Assembly (NCBI GenBank): GCA_963666515.2
Contig: OY762897.2
Span: forward strand, 1,408,001 to 1,472,000
DNA length: 64,000 nucleotides
Direction of reading: 5' to 3'
DNA from: Candidatus Binatia bacterium
Lineage (GTDB): Bacteria > Desulfobacterota > Binatia > UBA9968 > JAJDTQ01
Part shown: piece by piece, positions 1 to 9,293 of the stretch
Position numbering within the stretch: the stretch's first letter is position 1
How the letters are laid out: every line of letters begins with the position of its first letter
The notes under the pieces: generated by a model
Database searches by the model: none
Told to the model about the DNA's origin: nothing
The model's input: the letters and a program-made list of their open reading frames with translations, nothing else
Position numbers and translations under genes: made by a program

Positions 1-50
1 CGCAACGCTCCTTGAGACTCCGTAATACGCTCATGTCGGGCTCCTTCGCA

Positions 51-75
51 CGGGGCGACCGCAGGTCGCCCCTAC
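51..75 (-). repeat. GTAG-type REP-like palindrome
   Basis: Minus strand reads GTAGGGGCGACCTGCGGTCGCCCCG: GTAG tetramer followed by a GC-rich hairpin, just downstream of the NHase-like gene. Confidence 0.65.
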
Positions 76-83
76 CTGTCGCC

Positions 84-902
84 TCAGTCGGCCATCATTT
101 CCTTTTGCATCGGGGTGAGGGCGTTGGAACAACCCACCATGCTGTTGCGGGTCACCAGCCCGGCCAGTTGCTCTTCGCTCCAGCCCTCGGTCCCTTCCGG
201 ACGGCGGGGCACCACCAGGTAGCGGGTCTCAGCGGTGCTGTCCACCACCCGCACCTCCATGGACTCGGGCAGATCCAGCCCCATTTCCGTCAGCACCCGG
301 CGGGGGTCCACCACCAAGCGGGTTCGGTAATTGGTGCTCTTGTACCAGTCGGGCGGCTGTCCCAGCAGTTGGCGCGGATAGCACGAGCACAGCGTGCACA
401 CCACCACGTGGTGCACGTCATCGGTGTTCTCCACCGCGATGAGCTGATTGGCGGTGGACATGTCGACACCCAGCTCCTCGGCTGCAGCGATGCCGTCGCC
501 GAAAAGGCGCTTCTTGTACTCGGCGTCCACCCATGCCCGGGCCACGACACGCGAGCCCTGGTGCGGCGACACCCCCTCGTTCTCGTCGATCTTGCGCCGC
601 ACCTCATCCGTGCTGATGATGCCCTTCTCGCGCAGCAGGTTGCCCATGGCGAGCATCTGCTTCTCGAACAGCGTGTACTCGTGCTCGGTGGTGTCGATGG
701 GATTGTTCGCGTGGAGCTGCTCGAACACGTCGTCGTGGCTGTGGTCGTGTCCGTGGCCTCGTTTGACCTGCCTCACCTCATCCGCCGTCAGGACGCCCCG
801 TTCCAGCAACAGGTCCGCGGTGGCACGGGCGCGCCGCTCGAAGTAGGTCTTCTCATCGCCGGCCGCCGGCTCGGTGTGCTCTTCCTGCTTTTCCTTGGCC
901 AT
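84..902 (-). CDS. Co-type nitrile hydratase alpha / thiocyanate hydrolase gamma-like subunit with N-terminal extension
   Basis: VVVCTLCSCYPR metal-binding motif (CTLCSC, cobalt type), plus WYKSxNYRxRLV and RYLVVPRRPEGTEGW. Start placed at ATG 902 (GGAG upstream). Confidence 0.9.
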   Translation of the reverse strand: MAKEKQEEHTEPAAGDEKTYFERRARATADLLLERGVLTADEVRQVKRGHGHDHSHDDVFEQLHANNPIDTTEHEYTLFEKQMLAMGNLLREKGIISTDEVRRKIDENEGVSPHQGSRVVARAWVDAEYKKRLFGDGIAAAEELGVDMSTANQLIAVENTDDVHHVVVCTLCSCYPRQLLGQPPDWYKSTNYRTRLVVDPRRVLTEMGLDLPESMEVRVVDSTAETRYLVVPRRPEGTEGWSEEQLAGLVTRNSMVGCSNALTPMQKEMMAD

Positions 903-934
903 GACGTTCTCCCGTAGATTTCTTCCCGAAACGT

Positions 935-1225
935 TTACCTTGGTTCGAGCCACTGCTCGAAGATGTCCGCGTAGATCTTGTTGACGCCCTCGGGCGCGGG
1001 CCGGTCGTCCCACACGTGGGCCAGATCGAACTCGATGGAGTACAGGTTGGCCATGGGCAGGCCGTCCTTGCCGAAGGAAAGCAGTTCCGGGTCCTTGAAG
1101 CTGCCGCGGATGTCCGCCACCACGCCGTCCTTGCCCCTTAGATACTGGGGCGAGCGGATGTGGTGCCCCAGCGTCAACGTGTCCAGAACCCTGACCGGAT
1201 CGCCCGGCTTGTAGCGAAAGCTCAT
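935..1225 (-). CDS. SH3-like subunit (NHase beta C-terminal domain / thiocyanate hydrolase alpha-like)
   Basis: YKPGDPVRV...GHHIRSPQYLRGKDGVV...LYSIEF...ADIFEQWLEP pattern; directly upstream of the CTLCSC subunit. Confidence 0.85.
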   Translation of the reverse strand: MSFRYKPGDPVRVLDTLTLGHHIRSPQYLRGKDGVVADIRGSFKDPELLSFGKDGLPMANLYSIEFDLAHVWDDRPAPEGVNKIYADIFEQWLEPR

Positions 1226-1289
1226 GGGCGCCAGTCTCGACTTTCGGAGGTTGATTGTCAACTCCACGGCGCCGCGGCGGGTGGGTAAG

Positions 1290-3014
1290 TCAGGCTTTCG
1301 CCGTTCTACCGCTGAACCGGTCGAGCCAGGCGCCGCTCAGCAGCCAGGAATAGCCCCAGGTTCCGACGGCGATGAGCACGAACGCGGTCACGATGCCGGA
1401 TGTGCTCCCCTGGAGCGAGAAGCCCGGCACGTAGCCGAACAGGAAGGGCGCGAGGTAGAGGAACTTGGCGAACTTGAAGGCGCTGAACGCGGTCTTCCAC
1501 ATGTCGGCCTGGGCGATGGTGGCGCCGGTGAAGGCGGCGATGCATACCGGCGGGGTGATGTTCGAGTCCTGGGACAGCCAGTAGACGATCATGTGCGCCG
1601 CGATGGGGTTGGCGCCCAGCTCCGTCAGCGGCGGCACCGCCACGACTGCGGTGATCAGGTAGGCGGCGGTCACCGGCACGCCCATGCCGAGGATCAGGGA
1701 GGCCAAGGCGATGAGCAGGATGGTCAGCCACAGCCGGCCGTCGGCCAGCGCGATGACGATGTCGGCGAACGTGAGCACCAGGCCGCTGTAGGTCAGCACG
1801 CCGATGATGATGCCGATGACGCCCAGGGTGGCGCCGATCTTGAGGCTGTTCTCGGCCCCCGCGCGGGCCGCTTCCAGGAAGCGTTGCGGCCCGATCCTCG
1901 TGTCCGGGCGCAGCCAGCTCACCGCGATGCAGGTCGCCATGCCGAGTATGGCGGAATAGGCGGGCGAGTACCCCATCAGCATCAGCACGGTGATGACCGC
2001 GAGCGGCAGCACATAGTACCAGCCTCGCCCGAATATCTCTCCGGCGCAGGTCTCCGACTTCTCGCCCCGGATGCCGTGCTGCCTGGCCTCGTAGTGGACC
2101 ATGACGTAGACGCTGAAGAAGTACATGAGGGCCGGAAAGACGGCCACCAGCATGATGGCGGAGTAGGGCACGCCGGTAAGCTCCGACATGATGAAGCCGC
2201 CGGCGCCCATGATGGGAGGCATGAACATGCCGCCGATGGAGGCGGCGGGCTCGATGGCGCCGGCCACGTGCGGCTTGAAGCCGGCCTTCTTCATCATGGG
2301 GATGGTGAAGTTGCCGGTGGAGACGGTGTTGGCGATGGCGCTGCCGGAGATGGAGCCGAACAGGCCGCTGGCGATCACCGCCACCTTGGCCGGGCCGCCG
2401 ACCCGGTGGCCCACCGCGGCAAGCGGGAAGTCCACGAAGAACCGTTGCGCTCCGCTGGCTTCGAGGAAGGCGCCGAAGATGACGAACAGGATCACGTAGG
2501 TGGCCAGCACGTTAGCCATGATGCCGAAGACCCCGTCGCTCTTGTAGAAGATGCTGGTGCACAGGGCCGGGAAGGTATCCCCGGCATGGGAGATGAGGTC
2601 GGGCATGGAATCGCCGTAGACCCCGTAGAGCAGCATGACCCCGCCCAGGACGACGAAGACGTTCCCCACCACCCGGCGCGCCAGCTCCACGCCGATCAGC
2701 ACGCCCGCCACGGCGATCCATTGATCCAGGACGGTTTCGACGCCGACCCGGTAGTTGATGGCCTCGAAGTTCCACATCCAGTAGCCGATGCACACCACCG
2801 ACGCGGCCATCAGCAGATAGTCGGCCATCCGGCCCGGCCCGCTCCGGGAGCGGTAGAGGAGGAACACGAGCACATAGGTGATGACGACGTAGATGCCGCG
2901 ATGGTACTGGGTGGCCGCGGGAACGAGCACCGCGGAGTACGAATAGAACAGCACCAGGACGAGCGAGAGGACGTCGAACAGCCATCGCTCCGCGGTGTTC
3001 AGCTTTTCGAACAT
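1290..3014 (-). CDS. TRAP transporter fused (4TM/12TM) permease, TAXI type
   Basis: Polytopic membrane protein with GGPAKVAVIASGLFGSISGSAIAN, FMPPIMGAGGFIM and SNITPPVC motifs. Confidence 0.92.
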   Translation of the reverse strand: MFEKLNTAERWLFDVLSLVLVLFYSYSAVLVPAATQYHRGIYVVITYVLVFLLYRSRSGPGRMADYLLMAASVVCIGYWMWNFEAINYRVGVETVLDQWIAVAGVLIGVELARRVVGNVFVVLGGVMLLYGVYGDSMPDLISHAGDTFPALCTSIFYKSDGVFGIMANVLATYVILFVIFGAFLEASGAQRFFVDFPLAAVGHRVGGPAKVAVIASGLFGSISGSAIANTVSTGNFTIPMMKKAGFKPHVAGAIEPAASIGGMFMPPIMGAGGFIMSELTGVPYSAIMLVAVFPALMYFFSVYVMVHYEARQHGIRGEKSETCAGEIFGRGWYYVLPLAVITVLMLMGYSPAYSAILGMATCIAVSWLRPDTRIGPQRFLEAARAGAENSLKIGATLGVIGIIIGVLTYSGLVLTFADIVIALADGRLWLTILLIALASLILGMGVPVTAAYLITAVVAVPPLTELGANPIAAHMIVYWLSQDSNITPPVCIAAFTGATIAQADMWKTAFSAFKFAKFLYLAPFLFGYVPGFSLQGSTSGIVTAFVLIAVGTWGYSWLLSGAWLDRFSGRTAKA

Positions 3015-3037
3015 ACGATTTGCGTTCTTAGATGGCG

Positions 3038-3097
3038 CCCTTCGACTTCGCTTCGCTACGCCTGTCCTGAGCTCGTCGAAGGGCTCAGGGCGAACGG
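3038..3097. repeat. Intergenic palindromic repeat (CCCTTCGAC...GTCGAAGGG...CTCAGGGCGAACGG type)
   Basis: Inverted arms CCCTTCGAC (3038-3046) and GTCGAAGGG (3075-3083) between the SBP and permease genes; resembles a widespread extragenic palindrome family. Confidence 0.6.
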
Positions 3098-3122
3098 GAT
3101 TTTGAGAATGTCCGGCGGCTGC

Positions 3123-4094
3123 CTACATCACGCCCTTTTCCTTCCAGAAGCGTGTCGCGCCCGGGTGGAGCGGGGTCACGATGCCCTTGGTGCCGTCCTT
3201 GATGCTCATTTCCTTGAAGGTCTTCTTCTGGTTGCGCATGTAGGCGAGGCCCTCGTCCGTGTAGACCTTGGAGAGCAGGTCGTAGACGACATCCGCGGAC
3301 ACCTTGGAATTGGCGACCCAGAGCGTCGAGTCCTGGAACGAGGGGGCGGCCTTGTCGACGCCGCGGTAGGTGGCGGCGGGCACCGCCAGCCTGGCGAAGT
3401 AGGGGTACTTCTTGAAGAAGCCGCTGTCCTCGGCGTCCTTGGCGAGATCGACCAGTTCGATGTCGTTGGTCTGAGCGGCCATGATCACGGCGCCGCTGGG
3501 AAACGCGGTGAACAGCCAGAAGGCGTCGAGCTGGTTGTTGCCGAAGGCGGCGGCGGCATCGTTGTACCCCATGGCGTTGCGCTTGACCTTGTCCCAGATG
3601 CCCATGTGGGTGAAGAACAACTCGCAGTTGGCGAAGGCGCCGGAGCCCGCGTTGCCCACGCCGACCCGCTTGCCCACCAGGTCCTTGACACTGCGGATAC
3701 CCGACCCCTTGCGCACCACCAGTTGTGCCGGCGCCCCGTACAGGTAGGAGACTGCGAGCACGTCCGTGTATTTCCGCTTGTCGTTCTTCAAGCGGCCGTT
3801 GTGCCCGAGGTACACGTGACCGGAATAGACCACGCCGAACTGCATCCGGCCGGCGTTGACCTTGCGCAGGTTCTCCACCGAGCCGGCCGAGGACTGGGCC
3901 CTGACCGTGTAATCCTTGGACTGCTTGACCGGGCCGTAGGTCTGGATGGAGTTGGCCACGATCTGGAACGTGCCGCCCGCCGGGCCGCCGCCGAAGACCA
4001 TGCGTTTGCCGGCCAGGGCGGTAGCGGAAAAACCGAGGACGCAGGCCGTAAACGCCGCGCCTGCTACAAGGATCGCTCTGCGGCTCAAGCTCAT
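3123..4094 (-). CDS. TAXI family TRAP solute-binding subunit
   Basis: Signal peptide, GGPAGGTF, SAGSVEN, GKRVGVGNAGSG and PLHPGA motifs; AAGGAG RBS before ATG 4094. Confidence 0.92.
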   Translation of the reverse strand: MSLSRRAILVAGAAFTACVLGFSATALAGKRMVFGGGPAGGTFQIVANSIQTYGPVKQSKDYTVRAQSSAGSVENLRKVNAGRMQFGVVYSGHVYLGHNGRLKNDKRKYTDVLAVSYLYGAPAQLVVRKGSGIRSVKDLVGKRVGVGNAGSGAFANCELFFTHMGIWDKVKRNAMGYNDAAAAFGNNQLDAFWLFTAFPSGAVIMAAQTNDIELVDLAKDAEDSGFFKKYPYFARLAVPAATYRGVDKAAPSFQDSTLWVANSKVSADVVYDLLSKVYTDEGLAYMRNQKKTFKEMSIKDGTKGIVTPLHPGATRFWKEKGVM

Positions 4095-4213
4095 GATCGT
4101 TCTCCTTTCGAGTTCCTGATTCGTCCGGTTCACCAACTGGTTACGTCACGTTTCAGTAAAGATGACCCATGGCGGATGTCAATCCTTTCGTCCGCTCAAT
4201 GAGTCTTGAACGG

Positions 4214-4243
4214 TTGACAATCACCGCGGCCCTGACGTAGAAG
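4214..4243 (+). promoter_or_regulatory. Putative sigma70 promoter for the cbtB-like gene (very short or leaderless 5' UTR)
   Basis: TTGACA (4214-4219), 18-bp spacer, TAGAAG (4238-4243); ATG at 4252 has no obvious SD. Confidence 0.35.
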
Positions 4244-4251
4244 TTACGGCC

Positions 4252-4461
4252 ATGACGGAACGTACTGCCCGCCTGACTCACGAGGTGACTCTCGGACTTG
4301 CCTCGGTGACGTCCGAACGCTTTCCCTTCGTCCTGAAATCCGCGGCGTTCATGGCCGTGGTCGGCGTGCTTTTGTACGTGAGTCTGGCCGCCGCCTATCC
4401 TCCCGTTCACGATGCCATGCACGACTTCCGTCACGCGCTGGCCATTGTCCCGTGCCACTAG
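4252..4461 (+). CDS. CbtB-like cobalt transporter small subunit
   Basis: One TM helix followed by VHDAMHDFRHALAIVPCH, matching the CbtB HDxxHDxRH...PCH C-terminus. Confidence 0.8.
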   Translation: MTERTARLTHEVTLGLASVTSERFPFVLKSAAFMAVVGVLLYVSLAAAYPPVHDAMHDFRHALAIVPCH

Positions 4462-5588
4462 CCTGCCTCCCGTCCACTCCTGCCACGCCGCGACCCGCGG
4501 GCCGGCCCGTTTCACCTGTGTCTTACGGCCACGAGAGCCGAAACCCTGCCTTCGGCGCGTTGCTGTTTCTGGTTTCCCTGGTGCTGATGTTCGCGAGTCT
4601 GCCAAGCCCTCTTGCGGCCCAAGTGGAGCACATCAAGGTCCAGGTGTCACCCGACACGACCCTGCTGCGTCCGCTGAAGGACTCGGCCAGGATCACCATC
4701 GACGTGGATGGATCCGCGGAAACAATCCGCGGTCCGGTGCAACTCTCGGTCCGGCTCACGGCGCCGGCCTCCGGCGCCATCGTCTCCAGCGACTTCCCCT
4801 TGATCGAGGAAACCCGTCTCATCGACATGACCGTGGCCAACGTGACCGGCTCGCTGTCCTGGGACTACATCTTTCCCATTCGAGGCGAGTATCGGCTCGA
4901 CGTGAGCGCCACGGACCAACAAGGGCGCCGGCTCGAACGCTCCTTCACGCTCCGGGTGCATGAAAACCGCGCGAAGGTTGCCTTCCTCATTGGTTTCATC
5001 GCTGCGCTCTTTCTCCTGGGCTTGGTCGCGGGTAGAGTCTTCTCCGCCCCGGCGGGCGTGGCGGCGATCTTCATGGCCTTGGTCGTGTATGGTGCCGGCC
5101 CGGACCAAGGCCTTGGCGCGGATACGGGCCGAGGCGCCGCGTTAGAAGGGGAGTTGACCGTCGCGCCGCCCCGGGTGGGGACTCCCAGCATCATACGATG
5201 GCGCGGGACGGAGCCCGGTTCCGGGAAGCCCGTGCGCGCCACCGTAACCCTGAGAGTCGTGCAGCTTGAGAAAGGCAAAGAAGTATTCGCACTGCATCGC
5301 GTTCCCACGGACGGGACCCTCGATGTCGCGTTTCAGTTCACCGACGCGTCCCCTCATCGGGTCGTCGCCATGGCGACGACCCGGGACCGGCAAGGGGCAA
5401 CGGAAGTCGCACGGACCGTCGAGGTGGAATCGGCCACGCCACCCCTCGGCATCCGCGTTTGGCCGGTGATGCTGTTCCTGTTGGTCGTACTGGCCGGACT
5501 GGCAGCCGGCCGCTTCAGCAAGAAACGGCCCGTGCGGTTGCCCTGGATCGGCAAGCAGGTCAAGATGGACCCCAAGGAGGCATCATGA
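4452..5588 (+). CDS. Hypothetical membrane protein with two beta-rich domain + TM repeats (true start probably downstream)
   Basis: Signal-like hydrophobic segment; two units ending in LGLVAGRVFS and AGLAAGRFS; ATGA-coupled to the GST gene. Confidence 0.6.
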   Translation: MPLACLPSTPATPRPAGRPVSPVSYGHESRNPAFGALLFLVSLVLMFASLPSPLAAQVEHIKVQVSPDTTLLRPLKDSARITIDVDGSAETIRGPVQLSVRLTAPASGAIVSSDFPLIEETRLIDMTVANVTGSLSWDYIFPIRGEYRLDVSATDQQGRRLERSFTLRVHENRAKVAFLIGFIAALFLLGLVAGRVFSAPAGVAAIFMALVVYGAGPDQGLGADTGRGAALEGELTVAPPRVGTPSIIRWRGTEPGSGKPVRATVTLRVVQLEKGKEVFALHRVPTDGTLDVAFQFTDASPHRVVAMATTRDRQGATEVARTVEVESATPPLGIRVWPVMLFLLVVLAGLAAGRFSKKRPVRLPWIGKQVKMDPKEAS

Positions 5589-6208
5589 TCGATCTGTACA
5601 CCTGGAGAACACCCAACGGCCGCAAGGTGTCCGTCATGCTGGAAGAGCTGGAAATGCCGTACACCGTGCATCCCATCAACATCGGCAAGGACGAACAGTT
5701 CGCGGCGGATTTCCTCGCCATCAGCCCCAACAACAAGATCCCGGCCATCGTGGACCAGGACGGCCCCGGCGGCGGCGCCTACAGCCTGTTCGAGTCGGGC
5801 GCCATCCTGCTCTACCTTTCGGAGAAGGCCGGCGGCAGGTTCCTGCCCGAGGAATCCCGCGCCCGCCATGACGTCATGCAGTGGCTCATGTTCCAGATGG
5901 GCGGTGTCGGGCCCATGTTCGGCCAGGCGCACCACTTCCTGGGCGCCAAGGAGCAGGTCCCTTACGCCATCGACCGCTACAAGAACGAGGCCCGTCGCCT
6001 CTACGGCGTGATGGAGAAACGCCTGTCCGACCATGAGTATCTGGCCGGCGAGTACTCGGTGGCGGACATCGCCACCTATCCCTGGGTGGGGAGGCACGAG
6101 AGGCACCAGGTGGACTTGGCCGATTTCCCGCAGGTCAAGCGCTGGTTCGACACCATCGGCGCCCGCCCCGCGGTCCAGCGCGGCATGCAGGTGCCTCCGG
6201 ACGCATAG
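5585..6208 (+). CDS. Glutathione S-transferase, YfcG/Ure2-like
   Basis: MIDLYTWRTPNGRK, ISPNNKIPAIVD, FESGAIL and QWLMFQMGGVGPMFGQ motifs. Confidence 0.92.
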   Translation: MIDLYTWRTPNGRKVSVMLEELEMPYTVHPINIGKDEQFAADFLAISPNNKIPAIVDQDGPGGGAYSLFESGAILLYLSEKAGGRFLPEESRARHDVMQWLMFQMGGVGPMFGQAHHFLGAKEQVPYAIDRYKNEARRLYGVMEKRLSDHEYLAGEYSVADIATYPWVGRHERHQVDLADFPQVKRWFDTIGARPAVQRGMQVPPDA

Positions 6209-6351
6209 CAAGTGGGCCACGCTCCGCGACGGCAAATCGTTTGACAAGCCGCGCGAGGGCATGTCAGAAACGCCCCGCACGGCTTCGGAACGGGTCGGAA
6301 CGGGTTCTCACGCGTGCGTGGACGCCGATGCCGTGCTAGACTCCCCGATAC

Positions 6352-6425
6352 GCCCCCGTAGCTCAGCAGGATAGAGCACAGGATTCCTAATCCTGGTGTC
6401 GTGAGTTCGAGTCTCGCCGGGGGCA
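6352..6425 (+). tRNA. tRNA-Arg(CCT), CCA not encoded
   Basis: Cloverleaf: GCCCCCG/CGGGGGC acceptor, GCTC/GAGC D-stem, CAGGA-TT-CCT-AA-TCCTG anticodon arm, TTCGAGT T-loop. Confidence 0.95.
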
Positions 6426-6471
6426 CTTCCTTTTCGTGTTGGTGACGGCACGGCGATCGTCTCAAGCCCGC

Positions 6472-8472
6472 TCAAGGCAGATTGTCCCCGACAGCTTCTC
6501 GGAATGCCTGCCGGCAATCGGCCAGCAGCGCCTCCGCGTCCTCCGCCAGCATGTAACCTGCCTGTACCAGAGTGACGATGTGCTCGCGTACGCGGTCGAG
6601 ATAGCCGTCCACGTTCCCGTACCGCTCCTCCAGGGACGGCCGCGGGTCGCCCTCGGCCTCGCGTTCCGCACGGGTCCGGGGGAAGGGGATGGATGACCCC
6701 AGCAGACCGGCCAGCTCTCCTTCTGCCGCCTCCTCGGACTGCAGGTTCCAGCCGGTGCAGGTGGCGAGGGGAACGCTGACCCAGGGGAGACGGACGCCGG
6801 CGACGTCGTTGCCGTCGGCGTCCACGGCCGGCACGAGGACCGCGTAGCCAGCGCCGTCCGGCGGGGGCTTCGGATGAGCGTCGATGACGCCGCGGGTGAC
6901 GCCTTCTCCATAGTCCAGAAAAAGCTGGCGGTTGTGGAGCCCGGTGCAGTCCGCGCCGGGAATGGCCGGAAAGCCGGCGCGCAGGCGTTCGGGGGCGACC
7001 TGGGTGCCGTCGGCGCTCCGCGGGATGCGGCTCGGGGGCGGCGCGGCGCCGTCCGTGGCCCAGCGGTCCATGGCCAGGATGAGCGCCCGCAGGGCCGGGC
7101 CGATGGGCAGGGGGTTGCCCGGATGGCGCGTCTTGCCCTTGGCCGCGGGGATGCCGTACGGAGCGTTGTGCTGGGTGCTGGCAAGCAGGTAGATACGCAC
7201 GCCATCGGGCAAGGGGACATCGTTCCCCCGGCCGTCGGTGTGAGCGAGGGATCCTCGTTTCTGCCAGTACTCGGTGGATGTCTGGGTGTGGATCACCAGG
7301 GGATCGGTGGCGGGCCGCTTGAGGATGCCGTCCTCCCGGCCCGTCTGCGGGTCCTCCATGACGTTGTAGGCGAACGGGAACAGCTCGGGCTCCAACTGGT
7401 TGGTGTGCTGCTGGCACGATGTGACCGGCCGCGCGAACTCGTAGTTGAGGAACATGCGCCCGCCGCCCGCAGCGTGGGGGGCGATGGCGTCGAACACCCG
7501 GCGGCCTTGCTCGTCTTCGTTGAACCCCTGGTAGACGAGGTCACGCAGGAAACGGCCGCTTTGGGAGCGGCCCCAGGCATAGGCCTTTTCCACGCCCGTT
7601 CCGTCAGCCAGGGGGTTGGCGTTGCCGTCGCCATCTTCCTCCTCGTAGCGCAGGAACGCGACCAGATCGCGCACCGCGGCAAACCCCAGGCCCAGCACCA
7701 GCGGGTCCCGCGCGGTGTAAACCAACTCGTAGATGGCGCCCGGAATGAATCCGTCCGGCAGGTGGAGATGGGAAGCGCTGGGCGTGACCGCCGGCGCTCC
7801 GTCGCCGCCCCCGGTGTCCTCGACGGCAAACGACCAGTCCGTATGCGGGACGATTTCCCGCTCACCGTAGGACTTCATCCTGACGGTCAAATCGGCCCTG
7901 GAGGTATCCAGGGTGACGGCGGGGTAGCTGCGGACTCGCAGGTCGCCGCTCAGGGGCTGGCTGTGCACTCCCGGGCGGTTGACGCAGATCTCGGTGCGCA
8001 CCCGCCGCTGGATCGGCTCTCCGTCATCCGTGGCGACCGGGACGTCCAACGCCATGCCGTCCTTCCAGGGCACGAGGTCACCCTGCCAGCCGGACGTGAC
8101 CCAGGTGTAGCCCCAGCGCATCAGGAAGCCATTGCCGGCGTGCTGCAGAGTCACCGGATCGTTGCACTCCCGGGCGTCGTTGAGGAACATCAGTCCGCGC
8201 TTGCTGCCCCGATTGGGCGCCTCGTACAGCATCCGCCGGTTCCCCTTGCTCATGTCTTTCGGTCGCAGGATGTGCAAGTTGCAGGTGTACTCCACCGCGC
8301 CGCGATCATTGCGCGGCGCCTTGGCAATGTTGACGATGCAGGCATTGCGGGGATCGTCCGGTCGCACCTCTCCCTGGACCTCGCCCGCGACGACCTCGTA
8401 GGGGCCGACGGAACCGAACTCGTGACCGTCGGCGAAGGGCCGCGTACGATTGACGATGAAACGGCGAAGCAT
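6472..8472 (-). CDS. Alpha/beta hydrolase domain-containing protein
   Basis: GRSQSG nucleophile elbow, EAPNRG, GWQGD and VDADGNDVAGVRLP motifs; GGAGG RBS before ATG 8472. Confidence 0.8.
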   Translation of the reverse strand: MLRRFIVNRTRPFADGHEFGSVGPYEVVAGEVQGEVRPDDPRNACIVNIAKAPRNDRGAVEYTCNLHILRPKDMSKGNRRMLYEAPNRGSKRGLMFLNDARECNDPVTLQHAGNGFLMRWGYTWVTSGWQGDLVPWKDGMALDVPVATDDGEPIQRRVRTEICVNRPGVHSQPLSGDLRVRSYPAVTLDTSRADLTVRMKSYGEREIVPHTDWSFAVEDTGGGDGAPAVTPSASHLHLPDGFIPGAIYELVYTARDPLVLGLGFAAVRDLVAFLRYEEEDGDGNANPLADGTGVEKAYAWGRSQSGRFLRDLVYQGFNEDEQGRRVFDAIAPHAAGGGRMFLNYEFARPVTSCQQHTNQLEPELFPFAYNVMEDPQTGREDGILKRPATDPLVIHTQTSTEYWQKRGSLAHTDGRGNDVPLPDGVRIYLLASTQHNAPYGIPAAKGKTRHPGNPLPIGPALRALILAMDRWATDGAAPPPSRIPRSADGTQVAPERLRAGFPAIPGADCTGLHNRQLFLDYGEGVTRGVIDAHPKPPPDGAGYAVLVPAVDADGNDVAGVRLPWVSVPLATCTGWNLQSEEAAEGELAGLLGSSIPFPRTRAEREAEGDPRPSLEERYGNVDGYLDRVREHIVTLVQAGYMLAEDAEALLADCRQAFREAVGDNLP

Positions 8473-8524
8473 GAGCGGGACCTCCGACAATGGATTGCAG
8501 GGACGCGGCTCCACGCGGCGCGCG

Positions 8525-9079
8525 TCAGAAAACCTTTGTCAGGTCCACGGCCAAGCCTGGAAACAAGGGTGTGGTGAAGGTTTCTCTCCGCCCGTAAACT
8601 CCGGTAGGGGCCATCCGTCCGTCCTCCAGCCGGAGCGTCTCGATGATAGTGGTGTGCGGGTCCACCAGCCAGTACTCAGCGACGCCGTGGCGGGCGTAGA
8701 GATCCATTTTGACGCCGCGGTCACGCCGCCGGGTGGAAGGCGAAGCTATCTCGACGACCAGATCCGGGGCGCCGTGGACGTCGCGTTCGGTGATGATCGA
8801 CGCCCGCGCCGCGGACACGAAAAGGAGGTCCGGCTGCAGCACGTTGGTGTCGGAGAGGTAGACATCGGTAGGGGCGATGAGCACTTCGCCCAGACCATGC
8901 TCCTTCACGAACGGAACCAGGAGAACAGCGAGATCGACAAGCACCCTTTGGTGCGACGTGGTGGGCGCCGGCTCCATGACCACCAGTTCTCCTTCGATGA
9001 GTTCATACCGTACGTCATCAGGGGTCTTGAGATAATCCTGGTAGGTGTACAGGGTTTGGCTGGATTCGTTCGCCATCAT
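8525..9079 (-). CDS. Uma2 family (DUF820) endonuclease-like protein
   Basis: RYELIEGEL, QPDLLFV, APDLVVEIASPST and GVAEYWLVDP motifs. Confidence 0.9.
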   Translation of the reverse strand: MMANESSQTLYTYQDYLKTPDDVRYELIEGELVVMEPAPTTSHQRVLVDLAVLLVPFVKEHGLGEVLIAPTDVYLSDTNVLQPDLLFVSAARASIITERDVHGAPDLVVEIASPSTRRRDRGVKMDLYARHGVAEYWLVDPHTTIIETLRLEDGRMAPTGVYGRRETFTTPLFPGLAVDLTKVF

Positions 9080-9293
9080 GGGCCTCCCGTATCTCTCGAA
9101 ACGCCGCCGGGCACATGTCAATGGAAACAGGGAGAGGGGCAGAACGCAAGCGTGAGCACGGCCATGACCACCAGGACAAGACGGCGCTTCATCAACCGCC
9201 GCAAATGCGTTACGTTGGCCGATAACCCGCGCATCACGGCCGCGGGCGGCTTACGGACCACCCCGTGCGAGAATCTCTCAGGGAGGACTCCAC

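Noticed and set aside
1224-4202. Long antisense ORFs (this 992-aa ORF and others such as 14086-16602, 19297-21381, 59901-62339)
   Set aside because: Shadow frames of well-supported genes in high-GC DNA; no recognisable motifs.
4137-4251. Cobalamin riboswitch upstream of the cbtB-like gene
   Set aside because: Region is too short and lacks B12-box motifs.
6352-6425. tRNA-Arg as an island integration site
   Set aside because: No adjacent integrase and no duplicate of the tRNA 3' end found by eye.
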